DNA of 64,000 nucleotides, taken from contig OZ242304.1 in the NCBI GenBank assembly GCA_965207915.1, positions 1,389,581 to 1,453,580 of the forward strand, given 5' to 3'. Under the pieces are notes generated by a model. It was not told the DNA's origin, searched no databases, and worked only from the letters and a program-made list of their open reading frames with translations. The stretch is from Chloroflexota bacterium (GTDB lineage Bacteria; Chloroflexota; UBA11872; VXNJ01). Positions 47,276-58,321 of this stretch are shown piece after piece (within the stretch, counting starts at the first letter, position 1; each line of letters starts with the position of its first letter). The position numbers and the translations under genes are program-made.

Positions 47276-48771
47276 CGCTCGTCGTCTACCTCTTCGCCGA
47301 ACCGGTGGCGGATGAAGTCGCCTATCGTGTACTGGACGTTGCGACGCGCCGCCGCCGCGACCGAGGTTACATACCAGCGGTGAATCCGGGCTAGCATCTC
47401 ATCGCGTCGTTCGGCCTGGGCGGGATCGTCCCAGAGGTTTACGAGCTCGTCGGGGTCGGCCTTCAGGTCGAACAGCATTCCGCGCTCTTCGCCCAAAAAT
47501 TCCACGCACTTGAAATCCCGGGTGCGGAGCATGATCTGGTACTCGATCGCGTTCATCACGGTGTCGCGCGAGAGCTCGGAGAACACCTCGTCGCGGCCGG
47601 CGGCCCCGGCGCGGCCCTCGAGCTGCGGCAGCATGCTTGAGGCCTGGAAGTGCCCGGGAGTCTCAAGGCCGGCGCACTCCAGGACCGTGGGGCCCAGATC
47701 GAACCAGCTGTAGAGGTCGTCGATCGTTCGCCCGCCGGTGAACTTTTCAGGCGCCCAGACGATGGTCGGTACCCGCGTGACGCAGTCGTACATGTTCCAT
47801 TTGGCGTACATGCCGTGATCGCCCAGGGATTCGCCGTGGTCGGAGGTGAAGATCACGATCGAATTGGCCAGCAGTTCGTGACGTTCGAGGGCGTCCAGTA
47901 TCTGGCCGACCTTGGCGTCGATCATCTCGCAGTTGGCCATGTAATAGGCGCGCTGGCGATGGCGCCGCTCGCGCGAGGCCCGCGAATCGTGGACGACCGC
48001 GTCGACGTCATATTGTTCGAAGAACGCGCGCAACTTCTTGAGCCCCTCGGGCTGGGCCGCCATCTCGGCCTCGGTGACTTCGAGCATCGGAATCTCGCGC
48101 TGCATGTATTTTTCGGCCACTTCGGCCAGCGGGTCGAATGGCGGATGCGGTCCGGGGAAGCCGATCTCCAGGAACAGCGGTTGCGGCAGCGGCCGCGAGG
48201 CGGCGCTGGTGTCCAGCCAGCGCACCACCGAGTCGCCGACGAATTCGTCGGGATGCAGGTGATCGGGCAGCGGCCATTCGAACGCCCCCAGGCGTTCGGC
48301 GTAGTCGGGTACCTGCTCGCGGTAGGTGTGGCGACCGGGTTTTTCCAGGTCGTGGGCCAGGATCGCTTTGTCGAGCTCGTCGAAGAATTTGAGCGGGGCG
48401 TGGAAGCGGTCCTTGTTCTCGACCACGTAGCGTTCGTGGAATCCGGCGGGAGCGTCGTACGGGCCGGTGTGCATCTTGCCGATGTTGACGCAGTGGTACC
48501 CGGATGCGGCCAGGTCTTCGACCCAGCACTCGCGCCAGATCGAATCGTTGCGCAGGACCCCGGCATTGTGCGGTGTCATCCCGGAAAAGAGCGCCGCCCG
48601 CGCCGGTCCGCAGACCGGGGCGTTTACGAAGACGTTCGAGAAGACGACGCCTTCGCTGACCAGCCGGTCAAGGTTCGGGGTGTCCATCCAGGGACAGCCC
48701 AGGGCGGCGATCGTGTCGAATCGCTGCTGATCGGTGATGATCAGCACGATGTTGGGGCGATCGTTGGCCAA
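47272..48771 (-). CDS. Sulfatase (arylsulfatase family)
   Basis: [13 protein letters not shown] and the formylglycine motif [11 protein letters not shown]. No signal peptide. Overlaps the aroC stop by 4 nt. Confidence 0.85.
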   Translation of the reverse strand: MANDRPNIVLIITDQQRFDTIAALGCPWMDTPNLDRLVSEGVVFSNVFVNAPVCGPARAALFSGMTPHNAGVLRNDSIWRECWVEDLAASGYHCVNIGKMHTGPYDAPAGFHERYVVENKDRFHAPLKFFDELDKAILAHDLEKPGRHTYREQVPDYAERLGAFEWPLPDHLHPDEFVGDSVVRWLDTSAASRPLPQPLFLEIGFPGPHPPFDPLAEVAEKYMQREIPMLEVTEAEMAAQPEGLKKLRAFFEQYDVDAVVHDSRASRERRHRQRAYYMANCEMIDAKVGQILDALERHELLANSIVIFTSDHGESLGDHGMYAKWNMYDCVTRVPTIVWAPEKFTGGRTIDDLYSWFDLGPTVLECAGLETPGHFQASSMLPQLEGRAGAAGRDEVFSELSRDTVMNAIEYQIMLRTRDFKCVEFLGEERGMLFDLKADPDELVNLWDDPAQAERRDEMLARIHRWYVTSVAAAARRNVQYTIGDFIRHRFGEEVDDER

Positions 48772-48947
48772 TTAGACGGTCCGGCGAGCGAGTCTGCGTC
48801 GATGTTGATTTTTAAGAATAGGGACGCTGCCGCGACAGGGTGGTTGCGCCCGGCCCTTTCCTTATTCTTTTATTGGCGTCCGCGCACCTTTAAGGGTTTC
48901 AACGGCGGGGTGGGCAGGCGCCTTGTTGGCGCTACGTTTATTGGAGT

Positions 48948-49838
48948 TTGCTAGTGCAAGCGATCAAGTACGCGGCGCCCACCAGCATTGCCGACGCGGT
49001 CGAAATCCTCGATCAGCACGGTTCCAAGGCCCGCATGTTGGCCGGCGGCACCGACCTGATCGTGCAGGTCCGGGAATGGGTGCGGGACGTTGACGTTTTC
49101 GTCGACGCCAAGCACATTCCGGAGTTGACCGAGATCGCGGTCGCCGCCGATGGCGGGGTTACGCTGGGGGCGGCTGCTCCTTGTTATCAGATCTATGCCA
49201 ATGCGGCGATCACCGAATCCTTCCCGGGAATCGTTGACGCTGCGACCATCATCGGCGGGACCGGCATTCAGGGCCGGGCGTCGATGGGCGGAAACCTCTG
49301 CAACTCGGGGCCGGCGGCCGATTCGACCCCGCCGCTGATCATCTACTCGGCGGTCTGCAACATCGCCGGGCCGGGCGGCACGCGCCAGGTGGCGGCCGAG
49401 GACTTCTGCACCGGCCCGGGCCAGAACGTGCTGGCCGAAAACGAACTGCTGGTTTCGCTCACGCTGCCGCCGCAACCGGCCGGTTCGGGGGCCCACTACC
49501 TGCGCTTTATCCCGCGCAACGAGATGGACATCGCGGTGGTTTCGGCCGGCGCCTGGGTCCAGCTCGACGGCGACACAATCACCGGCGCGCGAATTGCCCT
49601 GGGGGCGGTCGCGCCGACCCCGCTTTACGTCGAAGCAGCCGGCGCGGCGCTCGTCGGGCAGACCGCCGGCGAGGAAGCCTACGAGGCTGCCGCCGCCCAC
49701 TCGGTCGCGGCGGCGTCGCCGATCACCGACATGCGCGGCACCATCGAGTACCGCCAGCACCTCAGCGGCGTTTTGACCAAGCGCGCCCTGCGCGGCGCCG
49801 TGGCCCGCGCCAAAGGAGAGTCCCACAGTGCCCACTGA
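48948..49838 (+). CDS. Xanthine dehydrogenase family FAD-binding subunit (CoxM/CutB-like)
   Basis: Molybdopterin-dehydrogenase FAD-binding motifs (AGGTDL, GGNLC). The start is probably the GTG at 48954, which has a GGAG RBS. Confidence 0.8.
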   Translation: MLVQAIKYAAPTSIADAVEILDQHGSKARMLAGGTDLIVQVREWVRDVDVFVDAKHIPELTEIAVAADGGVTLGAAAPCYQIYANAAITESFPGIVDAATIIGGTGIQGRASMGGNLCNSGPAADSTPPLIIYSAVCNIAGPGGTRQVAAEDFCTGPGQNVLAENELLVSLTLPPQPAGSGAHYLRFIPRNEMDIAVVSAGAWVQLDGDTITGARIALGAVAPTPLYVEAAGAALVGQTAGEEAYEAAAAHSVAAASPITDMRGTIEYRQHLSGVLTKRALRGAVARAKGESHSAH

Positions 49839-50325
49839 CCTGATCGCGGGCAAGACCCACATAACCACCACGATCAACGGCGAGCGCACCGACTTTCTGT
49901 GCGAGCCCCGCGACTCGCTGCTGGACGTGTTGCGCGAGAACCTGCAACTGTACGGGGCCAAGGAAGGCTGCAACAACGGCAACTGCGGAGCCTGCAACGT
50001 GGTCATGGATGGCCGCCTGGTCAACAGTTGCTGCGTGCTGGCGGTCGAGTCGTCTGGCTGCGAGATCGAGACCATCGAGGGAGTCGGCGAACCCGACAAG
50101 CTCCATCCGCTGCAGCAGTCGTTCCTTGAGAACGCGGCCCTGCAGTGCGGGATCTGCACCCCGGGCTTCATCGTCGCGGCGAAAGCCCTGCTGGAGCAGA
50201 ATCCGGACCCAAGCGAACACGAAATCCGCTGGTGGCTGGCTGGCAACCTCTGCCGCTGCACCGGCTACGACAAGATCATCCGAGCGGTCCAGGACGCGGC
50301 CGCGCGCATGCGGGAGGAAGCCTGA
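49828..50325 (+). CDS. Xanthine dehydrogenase family (2Fe-2S)-binding subunit (CoxS/CutC-like)
   Basis: Plant-type ferredoxin Cys cluster CNNGNCGACNV and the second cluster CGICTPG...CRCTGY. Confidence 0.85.
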   Translation: MPTDLIAGKTHITTTINGERTDFLCEPRDSLLDVLRENLQLYGAKEGCNNGNCGACNVVMDGRLVNSCCVLAVESSGCEIETIEGVGEPDKLHPLQQSFLENAALQCGICTPGFIVAAKALLEQNPDPSEHEIRWWLAGNLCRCTGYDKIIRAVQDAAARMREEA

Positions 50326-50327
50326 CG

Positions 50328-52616
50328 ATGGCAACTGAAACCCACCTGGTCAAGACCGGGGACTTCAAGGTCCTTGGCAAATCGCCCGTCCGGCATGACG
50401 GCGTCGACAAGGTAACCGGCCGCGCCGCCTACGGATCCGACATCTGGCTGACCGGCCAGCTGTACGGCAAGGTGCTGCGTTCCCCGCATGCCCATGCCAA
50501 CATCCTCTCGATCGACACCTCGGCGGCCGAGGCCTACCCGGGCGTTCATTCGGTCATCACCAGCGCCGACCTGCCGGAGCCCAAGACCGGCCTCACCGAC
50601 ATCGGCGAGGGCGGCCTGCAGTCGACCAAGTTCAAGGCCATGAACATGCTGGCCACCGACAAGGCCCTTTACGACGGGCACGCGATCGCGGCCGTGGCGG
50701 CGTCCGACCCGCACACCGCCGAGGAAGCGGCCCGCCTGATCAAGGTCGAATACGAGGTGCTCGACCCGGTCATGACCGCGCGCCAGGTGCGCGACGGCGA
50801 CGGCCCGGTGATCCTCGATGAGATCCGGACCATGACCGAGGGCGAGGCCGGCGACGACCCGTCAAACGTCGCCGAGCACCGCATCTACGAGGAAGGCGAC
50901 GTTGCGGCCGGATTCGCGGCCGCCGACCACATCTTCGAGAACGTGTACGAGACCGCGACGGTCCACCAGGGCTACATCGAGACCCACAACGCCTCCGCGC
51001 TCTGGCACGAGGACGGTCACCTCGAGGTCTGGTGCTCCTCGCAGGGCGCCTTTGCGATCCGCAACGAGCTCCAGGACCTGCTGCAGATGCCGGTCTCCAA
51101 GATCAAGGTGATCCCGATGGAGATCGGGGGCGGATTCGGCGGCAAGACCACCTCCTACCTCGAACTGCTGGCCGCGGTGATGTCGCGCAAGAGCGGCCGC
51201 CCGATCAAGATGGCGATGGACCGCAACGAGGTGATCCGCGCCACCGGGCCGACCCCGGGCACCTGGATGCGAGTGAAGATCGGCGTCACCAACGCCGGCA
51301 AGATCACCGCCGTGGAAGGCGAATTCTGGTTCGAGGCCGGGCCCTATCCGGGCTCGCCGATCCACCCCGGCTGCGTGTGCGCGTTCGCGCCCTATTCGAC
51401 CACCAACGTCCGGGTCGACGGCTACGATGTCCTGGTGAACAAGCCGCACTCGCACGCCTACCGGGCGCCGGGCGCGACGATGAGCGAATTCGCGGTCGAG
51501 ACGACCGTCGATGAGATCTGCGAGAAGCTTGGCTTCGACCCGATCGAGTTCCGCCTGCAAAACGCTTCCAAGGAAGGCGACTGGCGCGCCGACGGCCCGC
51601 CGTTCCCGCGCGTGGGCAACATCGAATGCGTCGAGGCGATCCGCGACTCGGACCACTGGCAGAGCGACCTGGGCGAGCCCTCGGGCCCGAACAAGGCGCG
51701 CGGCCGCGGGGTGGCTTCCGGGTTCTGGTTCAACGCCGGCATGACCTCCTCGGCTTCGGGGCGGGTCAACGCCGACGGCACGGTGACACTGATCGAGGGT
51801 TCGACCGACATCGGCGGCACCCGTACCTCGGTCGCCATGCAGATGGCCGAGGCGCTGGGAATCTCCGAACAGGAAATCATCCCGATCGTGGGACACACCG
51901 ACGAAATCGCCTTCACCGCCGTGACCGGCGGTTCGCGGGTGACGTTCGCCACCGGTTACGCCGCCTACGAGGCGGCCCGCGAAATCCTGGCCAAGATGCG
52001 CGCGGCGCTGGCCGGGCTCTGGGACGTTGAACCCTCGGCGGTCGAAGCCGTCGACGGCTACTTCATCGGAGCCGGCAACGAACTCTCGTTTGCCGAAGCG
52101 GCCGCGCTGCTCGGCGAGCACGAGCTTGAAATCGTCGGCAACGCCACCGTCAACCCCACCCAGCGCGGTGCGTCGTTTACGACCCATGCCGCCGACGTGG
52201 AAGTCGATCTCGAGACCGGAAAAGTCGAAATCCTGCGCTACACGATTGCCCAGGATGCCGGCAAGGCGGTCTACCCGCCGTACGTGGAAGGCCAGATGCA
52301 GGGCGGCGTCGTCCAGGGCATCGGCTGGGCTCTCAACGAGGGCTACTGGTACGACGACGAGGGACGGCTGCGCAATCACAGTCTGCTCGACTACCGCCTG
52401 CCGACCGCGCTCGACCTCCCGATGATCGAGACGATCATCGTCGAGGTGCCCAACCCCGGCCACCCGTACGGGGTGCGCGGGGTTGGCGAATCCAGCATCG
52501 TGCCGCCGCCGGCGACGATCGCCAACGCGATCTTTGCCGCCACCGGCAAGCGCCTGCAGGAACTGCCGATGTCTCCGCCGACCGTCCAGGCGGCGCTGGC
52601 CAACGGGTCCTCCTAG
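50328..52616 (+). CDS. Xanthine dehydrogenase family molybdopterin-binding large subunit (form-II CoxL-like)
   Basis: Start at MATETHL with RBS GGGAGGAAG. Aldehyde oxidase/XDH a/b hammerhead and Moco domains. The active-site loop reads AYRAPG (form-II AYRGAGR-like, not the form-I CODH VAYRCSFR). Confidence 0.85.
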   Translation: MATETHLVKTGDFKVLGKSPVRHDGVDKVTGRAAYGSDIWLTGQLYGKVLRSPHAHANILSIDTSAAEAYPGVHSVITSADLPEPKTGLTDIGEGGLQSTKFKAMNMLATDKALYDGHAIAAVAASDPHTAEEAARLIKVEYEVLDPVMTARQVRDGDGPVILDEIRTMTEGEAGDDPSNVAEHRIYEEGDVAAGFAAADHIFENVYETATVHQGYIETHNASALWHEDGHLEVWCSSQGAFAIRNELQDLLQMPVSKIKVIPMEIGGGFGGKTTSYLELLAAVMSRKSGRPIKMAMDRNEVIRATGPTPGTWMRVKIGVTNAGKITAVEGEFWFEAGPYPGSPIHPGCVCAFAPYSTTNVRVDGYDVLVNKPHSHAYRAPGATMSEFAVETTVDEICEKLGFDPIEFRLQNASKEGDWRADGPPFPRVGNIECVEAIRDSDHWQSDLGEPSGPNKARGRGVASGFWFNAGMTSSASGRVNADGTVTLIEGSTDIGGTRTSVAMQMAEALGISEQEIIPIVGHTDEIAFTAVTGGSRVTFATGYAAYEAAREILAKMRAALAGLWDVEPSAVEAVDGYFIGAGNELSFAEAAALLGEHELEIVGNATVNPTQRGASFTTHAADVEVDLETGKVEILRYTIAQDAGKAVYPPYVEGQMQGGVVQGIGWALNEGYWYDDEGRLRNHSLLDYRLPTALDLPMIETIIVEVPNPGHPYGVRGVGESSIVPPPATIANAIFAATGKRLQELPMSPPTVQAALANGSS

Positions 52617-52633
52617 GGGGATCGCCCCAGACG

Positions 52634-52909
52634 ATGCCGCGGGTCCACGTGCCGCGCGCCCTGCGCGAGCATACCGGCGGCAAAGTTGAAATCGAGCTCC
52701 CCGGCCGGACGGTCGGGGAGCTTATCGACGCTTTAGAGGAGCGTCACCCGGGCATCAAGGCGCGCCTGGTCTCCGACGAGACGACCCACGGCCTGCGGCC
52801 GGGCCTGGCGATCTGGCTGGACGGCCACGACCTGGCGACCGGGGTCCGCACCAAAGTGCCGGAGGACTCGATCGTTTATTTCGTGCCGGCCCAGGCCGGC
52901 GGAGGCTAG
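52634..52909 (+). CDS. MoaD/ThiS/CysO-family sulfur carrier protein (C-terminal GG)
   Basis: 91 aa with a beta-grasp pattern. Ends in AQAGGG. Directly downstream of the molybdoenzyme genes. Confidence 0.6.
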   Translation: MPRVHVPRALREHTGGKVEIELPGRTVGELIDALEERHPGIKARLVSDETTHGLRPGLAIWLDGHDLATGVRTKVPEDSIVYFVPAQAGGG

Positions 52910-53793
52910 TTCCGGCCCCTAAAAGTCAGTTCGGCCACGGCGCTCTTGTCCAATTCGCCCTTGCCGGCATCCATCAGGCGCACGAACTGGGCCTTGGTGG
53001 CGGACGCCAGCGGGAGATTGAGCCCCTCTTCGGCGGCCAGGTCAAGGGCTATCCCCGAGTCCTTGGCGGCATGGTCGGCCGAGAAATAGACCTCGTGGTC
53101 GCGGTCGCGCATGTCCTCGCCGTCGGTCTCCAGCACGCGCGAGTTTGCCCCGGTCTGGGAGAAGACCTCCATGACCATGTCCAGGTCCAGGCCCAGCGCG
53201 TCGGCCAGGCCCAGGCCTTCGGCCAGCCCGGCGGTATTGATGTTCATGACCATGTTCACCAGCGCCTTGACCTCGGCGGCCTGGCCGACGGAACCGATGC
53301 GGCGGACTTCGCCCAGATCGGCCAGCAGCCCGGCGGCGCGGTCCTGGGCGGCGTCGGAACCGGCCGTCATCAGATAGAGGGTCCCGTCGCGGGCCTGGGT
53401 GATCGAGGAGGCCATGCATGCTTCGAGGGCCTCGGCCCCGGCGGCCGAGACCGCGGCGTCGACTTCGCGATGGATCGCCGGCGAAAGGGTCGCGCAATTG
53501 ATGAACAGCTTGCCGGTGGCCCCTTCCAGGAGGTTGTCGCCGTCGGCCATGTAGATGTCGCGCATCGACTGGTCGTTGGTCACCACGGTGATGATCACGT
53601 CGGCGCTGGCGGTGGCGCCGGCCAGGCTATCGGCGACCTGGCAACCGACGTCGTTGGCCACGACCATCGCCATGTGCTGGTTGGTGTCGATCACGCTGGC
53701 GACGGTGTAGCCGCAGTCATTGAGGCGAAGTGCCATGTTCGACCCCATGCGACCAACTCCCACGAACGCGACTGTCGGTTTGGATTCGGCCAT
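52906..53793 (-). CDS. NAD(P)-dependent oxidoreductase, 3-hydroxyisobutyrate dehydrogenase family
   Basis: N-terminal Rossmann AFVGVGRMGSNMA and the 6PGDH-like C-terminal domain. Confidence 0.75.
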   Translation of the reverse strand: MAESKPTVAFVGVGRMGSNMALRLNDCGYTVASVIDTNQHMAMVVANDVGCQVADSLAGATASADVIITVVTNDQSMRDIYMADGDNLLEGATGKLFINCATLSPAIHREVDAAVSAAGAEALEACMASSITQARDGTLYLMTAGSDAAQDRAAGLLADLGEVRRIGSVGQAAEVKALVNMVMNINTAGLAEGLGLADALGLDLDMVMEVFSQTGANSRVLETDGEDMRDRDHEVYFSADHAAKDSGIALDLAAEEGLNLPLASATKAQFVRLMDAGKGELDKSAVAELTFRGRN

Positions 53794-53973
53794 CGGTTAC
53801 CCCGCTTGATCATTTAGTCCGGTTTGGAATAAGCGTATCGACAGGCCGGCCGGCCGGGTCGCCAATTCGATCCTTCCGGGCCCCGCCTGCACCGGATCGA
53901 TTGGGGGCGACAAGCGAATTCGGCGGCGCGCGCCAGGATCGCTCCCTCGCCCGGTCCAGCTTCAATTCAAGGG

Positions 53974-54354
53974 GTGGAAGTTGTCGACAATTCGGCGCCA
54001 AAACAACTTGGTTGGAGGATTTCCGGACGGGATTGTGGAGGGATGACCCAGGATTTAGTCGGCTGTAGCCTTCCGGACGGGCTGATCGCGACCGGTAGCT
54101 CGCCCGTCTTCGAGCGCGGTACATTGCCCGCCGCTCTGCAACAGGAGCACTCCCTCGCCGAGGGTTTCTGGGCCGTCCTGCACGTCTTGGCCGGAAGCGT
54201 TAGGTTCGAGGACCTTCAGACTGGCGAAATCCGGAGAATTTCCGCCCCCGGCCGCCAGGTCATTTGCCCCCTAGCGCCGCACCGCTTGATCGCCGACGGC
54301 CAGTTTCGGTGCCGGATCGACTTTTTCAAATCACCCATTACGGAGCCGGGATAA
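53974..54354 (+). CDS. DUF1971 (YeaR-like, tellurite-resistance-related) protein
   Basis: The FERGTLPAAL...GFWAVLHVLAGSVRFE...IDFFKSP pattern resembles E. coli YeaR (IFERH...IDFFVAP). Alternative start at ATG 54043. Confidence 0.45.
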   Translation: MEVVDNSAPKQLGWRISGRDCGGMTQDLVGCSLPDGLIATGSSPVFERGTLPAALQQEHSLAEGFWAVLHVLAGSVRFEDLQTGEIRRISAPGRQVICPLAPHRLIADGQFRCRIDFFKSPITEPG

Positions 54355-54403
54355 GCGTAATCCGGTCCGGCCAGTTCCCGTCCCAGCTAGGTTGCACCGC
54401 CGA

Positions 54404-55087
54404 TCAGTACGGCAATTCGACGGCGCGGGTAAGGAACTGCATGTAGGAAGAAGCCCGGCGACAGGCGTCGGCGTAGACATCGATGAAATCGGTTCGGTAA
54501 ATCTGCTCGTGGGTAAACGGCAGCGAAGCGATGTGGTCTTTGCGCTTGAGGTCCTCCAGCAGCGGGTGTTCTTTCGGGAACCCCTTGGGCGGACGCTTCA
54601 GCGAACGCCCGTGGCGATTGAACGCCGCGGCGAAATCCCGCTCGGTGACAATGCCGCGCCACTGTCCGGGGTCGGCGACGATCGCCTCCCGGATCTTGGT
54701 GAGGGTGGGTGTGTCGGGTCCCCACAGGCCGATTCCGGCAAAAACCTCTTCCGGAGCCAGGTGCAGGTAAAAACCGGGCGCGTGGGCCGACTTGCCGAAT
54801 TCATGCCGGAACTGCGCCGCCGCCTGAGTCTTGTAGGGGGATTTGTCCTTGGAGAACCTGACGTCGCGGTAGATCCTGAACATCGAGCCGCCGTTTCCGC
54901 GCGGGTCGGCCACAAAGTGCGGGCTGATCGCCTCCAGTTCGGGGGCGAAATCCTCGATGAAGCGCTGCAGCGGCCGCTTGACGTGTTCTTCGTAGCGCCG
55001 TTTGTTGGCCTGAAACCATTCGCGGTTGTTGTTTTGCCGCAACTGGCGCAGGAATTTAAAAAGCTCGGGACCAAAGTGGGCGTTCAT
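54404..55087 (-). CDS. DUF2461 (TIGR02453) family protein
   Basis: Hallmark RIYRDVRFSKDKSPYKT motif plus the LRQNNNREWF N-terminus. Confidence 0.7.
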   Translation of the reverse strand: MNAHFGPELFKFLRQLRQNNNREWFQANKRRYEEHVKRPLQRFIEDFAPELEAISPHFVADPRGNGGSMFRIYRDVRFSKDKSPYKTQAAAQFRHEFGKSAHAPGFYLHLAPEEVFAGIGLWGPDTPTLTKIREAIVADPGQWRGIVTERDFAAAFNRHGRSLKRPPKGFPKEHPLLEDLKRKDHIASLPFTHEQIYRTDFIDVYADACRRASSYMQFLTRAVELPY

Positions 55088-55130
55088 CGCAAATAGAACC
55101 TCTTCCGGCAGTGGCAGGCCCGGGGGACCG

Positions 55131-56051
55131 TCAGCCCTGGTCGAGCGCCCCGATCGTGCCCAGGAATTCGCGCATCATGGCCAGGCACTCTTCCGGTTCC
55201 TCCAACTGCAGGAAGTGGGTCGAGTCCGGAATGAAGTCGTAGTTGACGCGGGCGATTGCGCTCAGGTCCAGGCTCGGTAGGTAGGAGTAGGGGATCGTCG
55301 GATCGGCGCCGATTACCTGGATCGGGCATTCAATCGCCTCCAGGTCCACCGCGACCGCAAAGGCGCAGGCGTATTCCATGATCCGGGCTTCGTATTCCTT
55401 GGGGCACCGCAAGGTGAATCCCTCACGACTGCGGTTAGGGCGCAGGGTCGTGTCGGCGATGAGTTGGTAAACCCCCGGCACCATTCGCTGGTAAATCGGA
55501 ATGACCGAAAGGACTTCAATCATCTTGATTTTGGTCGGGATGTTGTCGGCCCGGCGGCGGGCCATCGCCGCCGCGCGATTGGCGGCCGCCTCAAACTCCT
55601 GGTAGTCGCGCCCCGCTTTGGTGATCGGCGGATCGATCAAAACCAGCGCCTGGTAGTTGGCGCCGAGGGCGGGGGAGAGCAAAGCAATGAGCGCCGAAAC
55701 CGAGTGGTATAGACCTATCGCGGGCTTTTCCCCAAAGTTGGCGGCGACCGCTTCCAGGACCCGATCGTGATCGTCGACCATGTTCGGGATGTTGTGACCA
55801 TCTATGTCTCCGACCGGGTTTCGGCCGTGGTTGCGCAGGTCGTAAACGACCAGATCGAATTCATCTTCCAGCAGCGACCAGAACGGGTAGTACATATCGC
55901 TGGCCAGGCCGTTGCCGTGGCTGACCAGGATGCGTGGGCCTTCGGGGTTTCCGTGACGTCGCAGCAGGATCGTCGCGCCGCCGCCCAGGTCGAGCTCGAC
56001 CGAGGCGTTTGGCTCAGGGATGAACCAGATCCGTTCAGGAGATGAAGACAA
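55131..56051 (-). CDS. Alpha/beta hydrolase fold protein
   Basis: HGNG oxyanion-hole region. 306 aa. Non-canonical nucleophile elbow (GLYHSVS). Confidence 0.65.
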   Translation of the reverse strand: MSSSPERIWFIPEPNASVELDLGGGATILLRRHGNPEGPRILVSHGNGLASDMYYPFWSLLEDEFDLVVYDLRNHGRNPVGDIDGHNIPNMVDDHDRVLEAVAANFGEKPAIGLYHSVSALIALLSPALGANYQALVLIDPPITKAGRDYQEFEAAANRAAAMARRRADNIPTKIKMIEVLSVIPIYQRMVPGVYQLIADTTLRPNRSREGFTLRCPKEYEARIMEYACAFAVAVDLEAIECPIQVIGADPTIPYSYLPSLDLSAIARVNYDFIPDSTHFLQLEEPEECLAMMREFLGTIGALDQG

Positions 56052-56302
56052 GTTAGGGCAACAACTTCGTGATACTGCCTATTCGTGAGTGCCCAACGGC
56101 ACTTTCCCAGGGCCTGAATCGCCGGATTTCACCACCGTCCGATTGACGGCGGCTGCGTGCCGCCACGACCCCTGCCACTTGCGATTTCAGCGGGCCGGGT
56201 TCCCGACCGCGCCGGCAAGGCCGAACCGCCGCTGGAAGCACTGGGTCTCGGAGTTTTGCGCGCCTGGGGAAATCCGCCACGCGGAACCGGCCCGGCGTGG
56301 AG

Positions 56303-56548
56303 TCAGGCCGCCTTGGCGTCGATGAAATCGGCCAGTTGCGCAAGATCAGTGATCGACGTGCAGTCTTCGATTGCAAACGTGATATTGAATTCTTCGGCGA
56401 CCAGTTTGCCAAGCGCCACCAGATCGAGTGAAGAAACGCCGGCGTCGGCAAGACTGAAATTCAGGTCGGCCGGAATGTCCAGCGACTTGCCGTCTACTTC
56501 AACGTTTTCGCTTACCAGCTTGCGCAGGCGTTCGGCGGTGGATGCCAT
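56303..56548 (-). CDS. Acyl/peptidyl carrier protein-like (orphan ACP)
   Basis: 81 aa. Phosphopantetheine-attachment-like motif DAGVSSLDLV in a four-helix-sized protein. RBS GAGGAG 7 nt upstream. Confidence 0.45.
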   Translation of the reverse strand: MASTAERLRKLVSENVEVDGKSLDIPADLNFSLADAGVSSLDLVALGKLVAEEFNITFAIEDCTSITDLAQLADFIDAKAA

Positions 56549-56570
56549 GTACCGTCTCCTCGTATCTTGA

Positions 56571-58120
<1,550 letters not shown>

Positions 58121-58321
58121 CAAGTTGCCGGCGGCGCTATTTGTGTCAGGGTTGAAACGCTGGGATTCCGAGGTAAGTCGCGCAGTAATTCAGCAGGATT
58201 GCGGATTCGATGCGTCCGAGCCCCAATCCGGTGCGAGGGAATGGCGGTGACGCGACAACGCCGATCCCCTGGACCGCGAGCGCGGGTGAGAGCGCGGCTT
58301 CCAGAACTGGATTCCCGCTGA

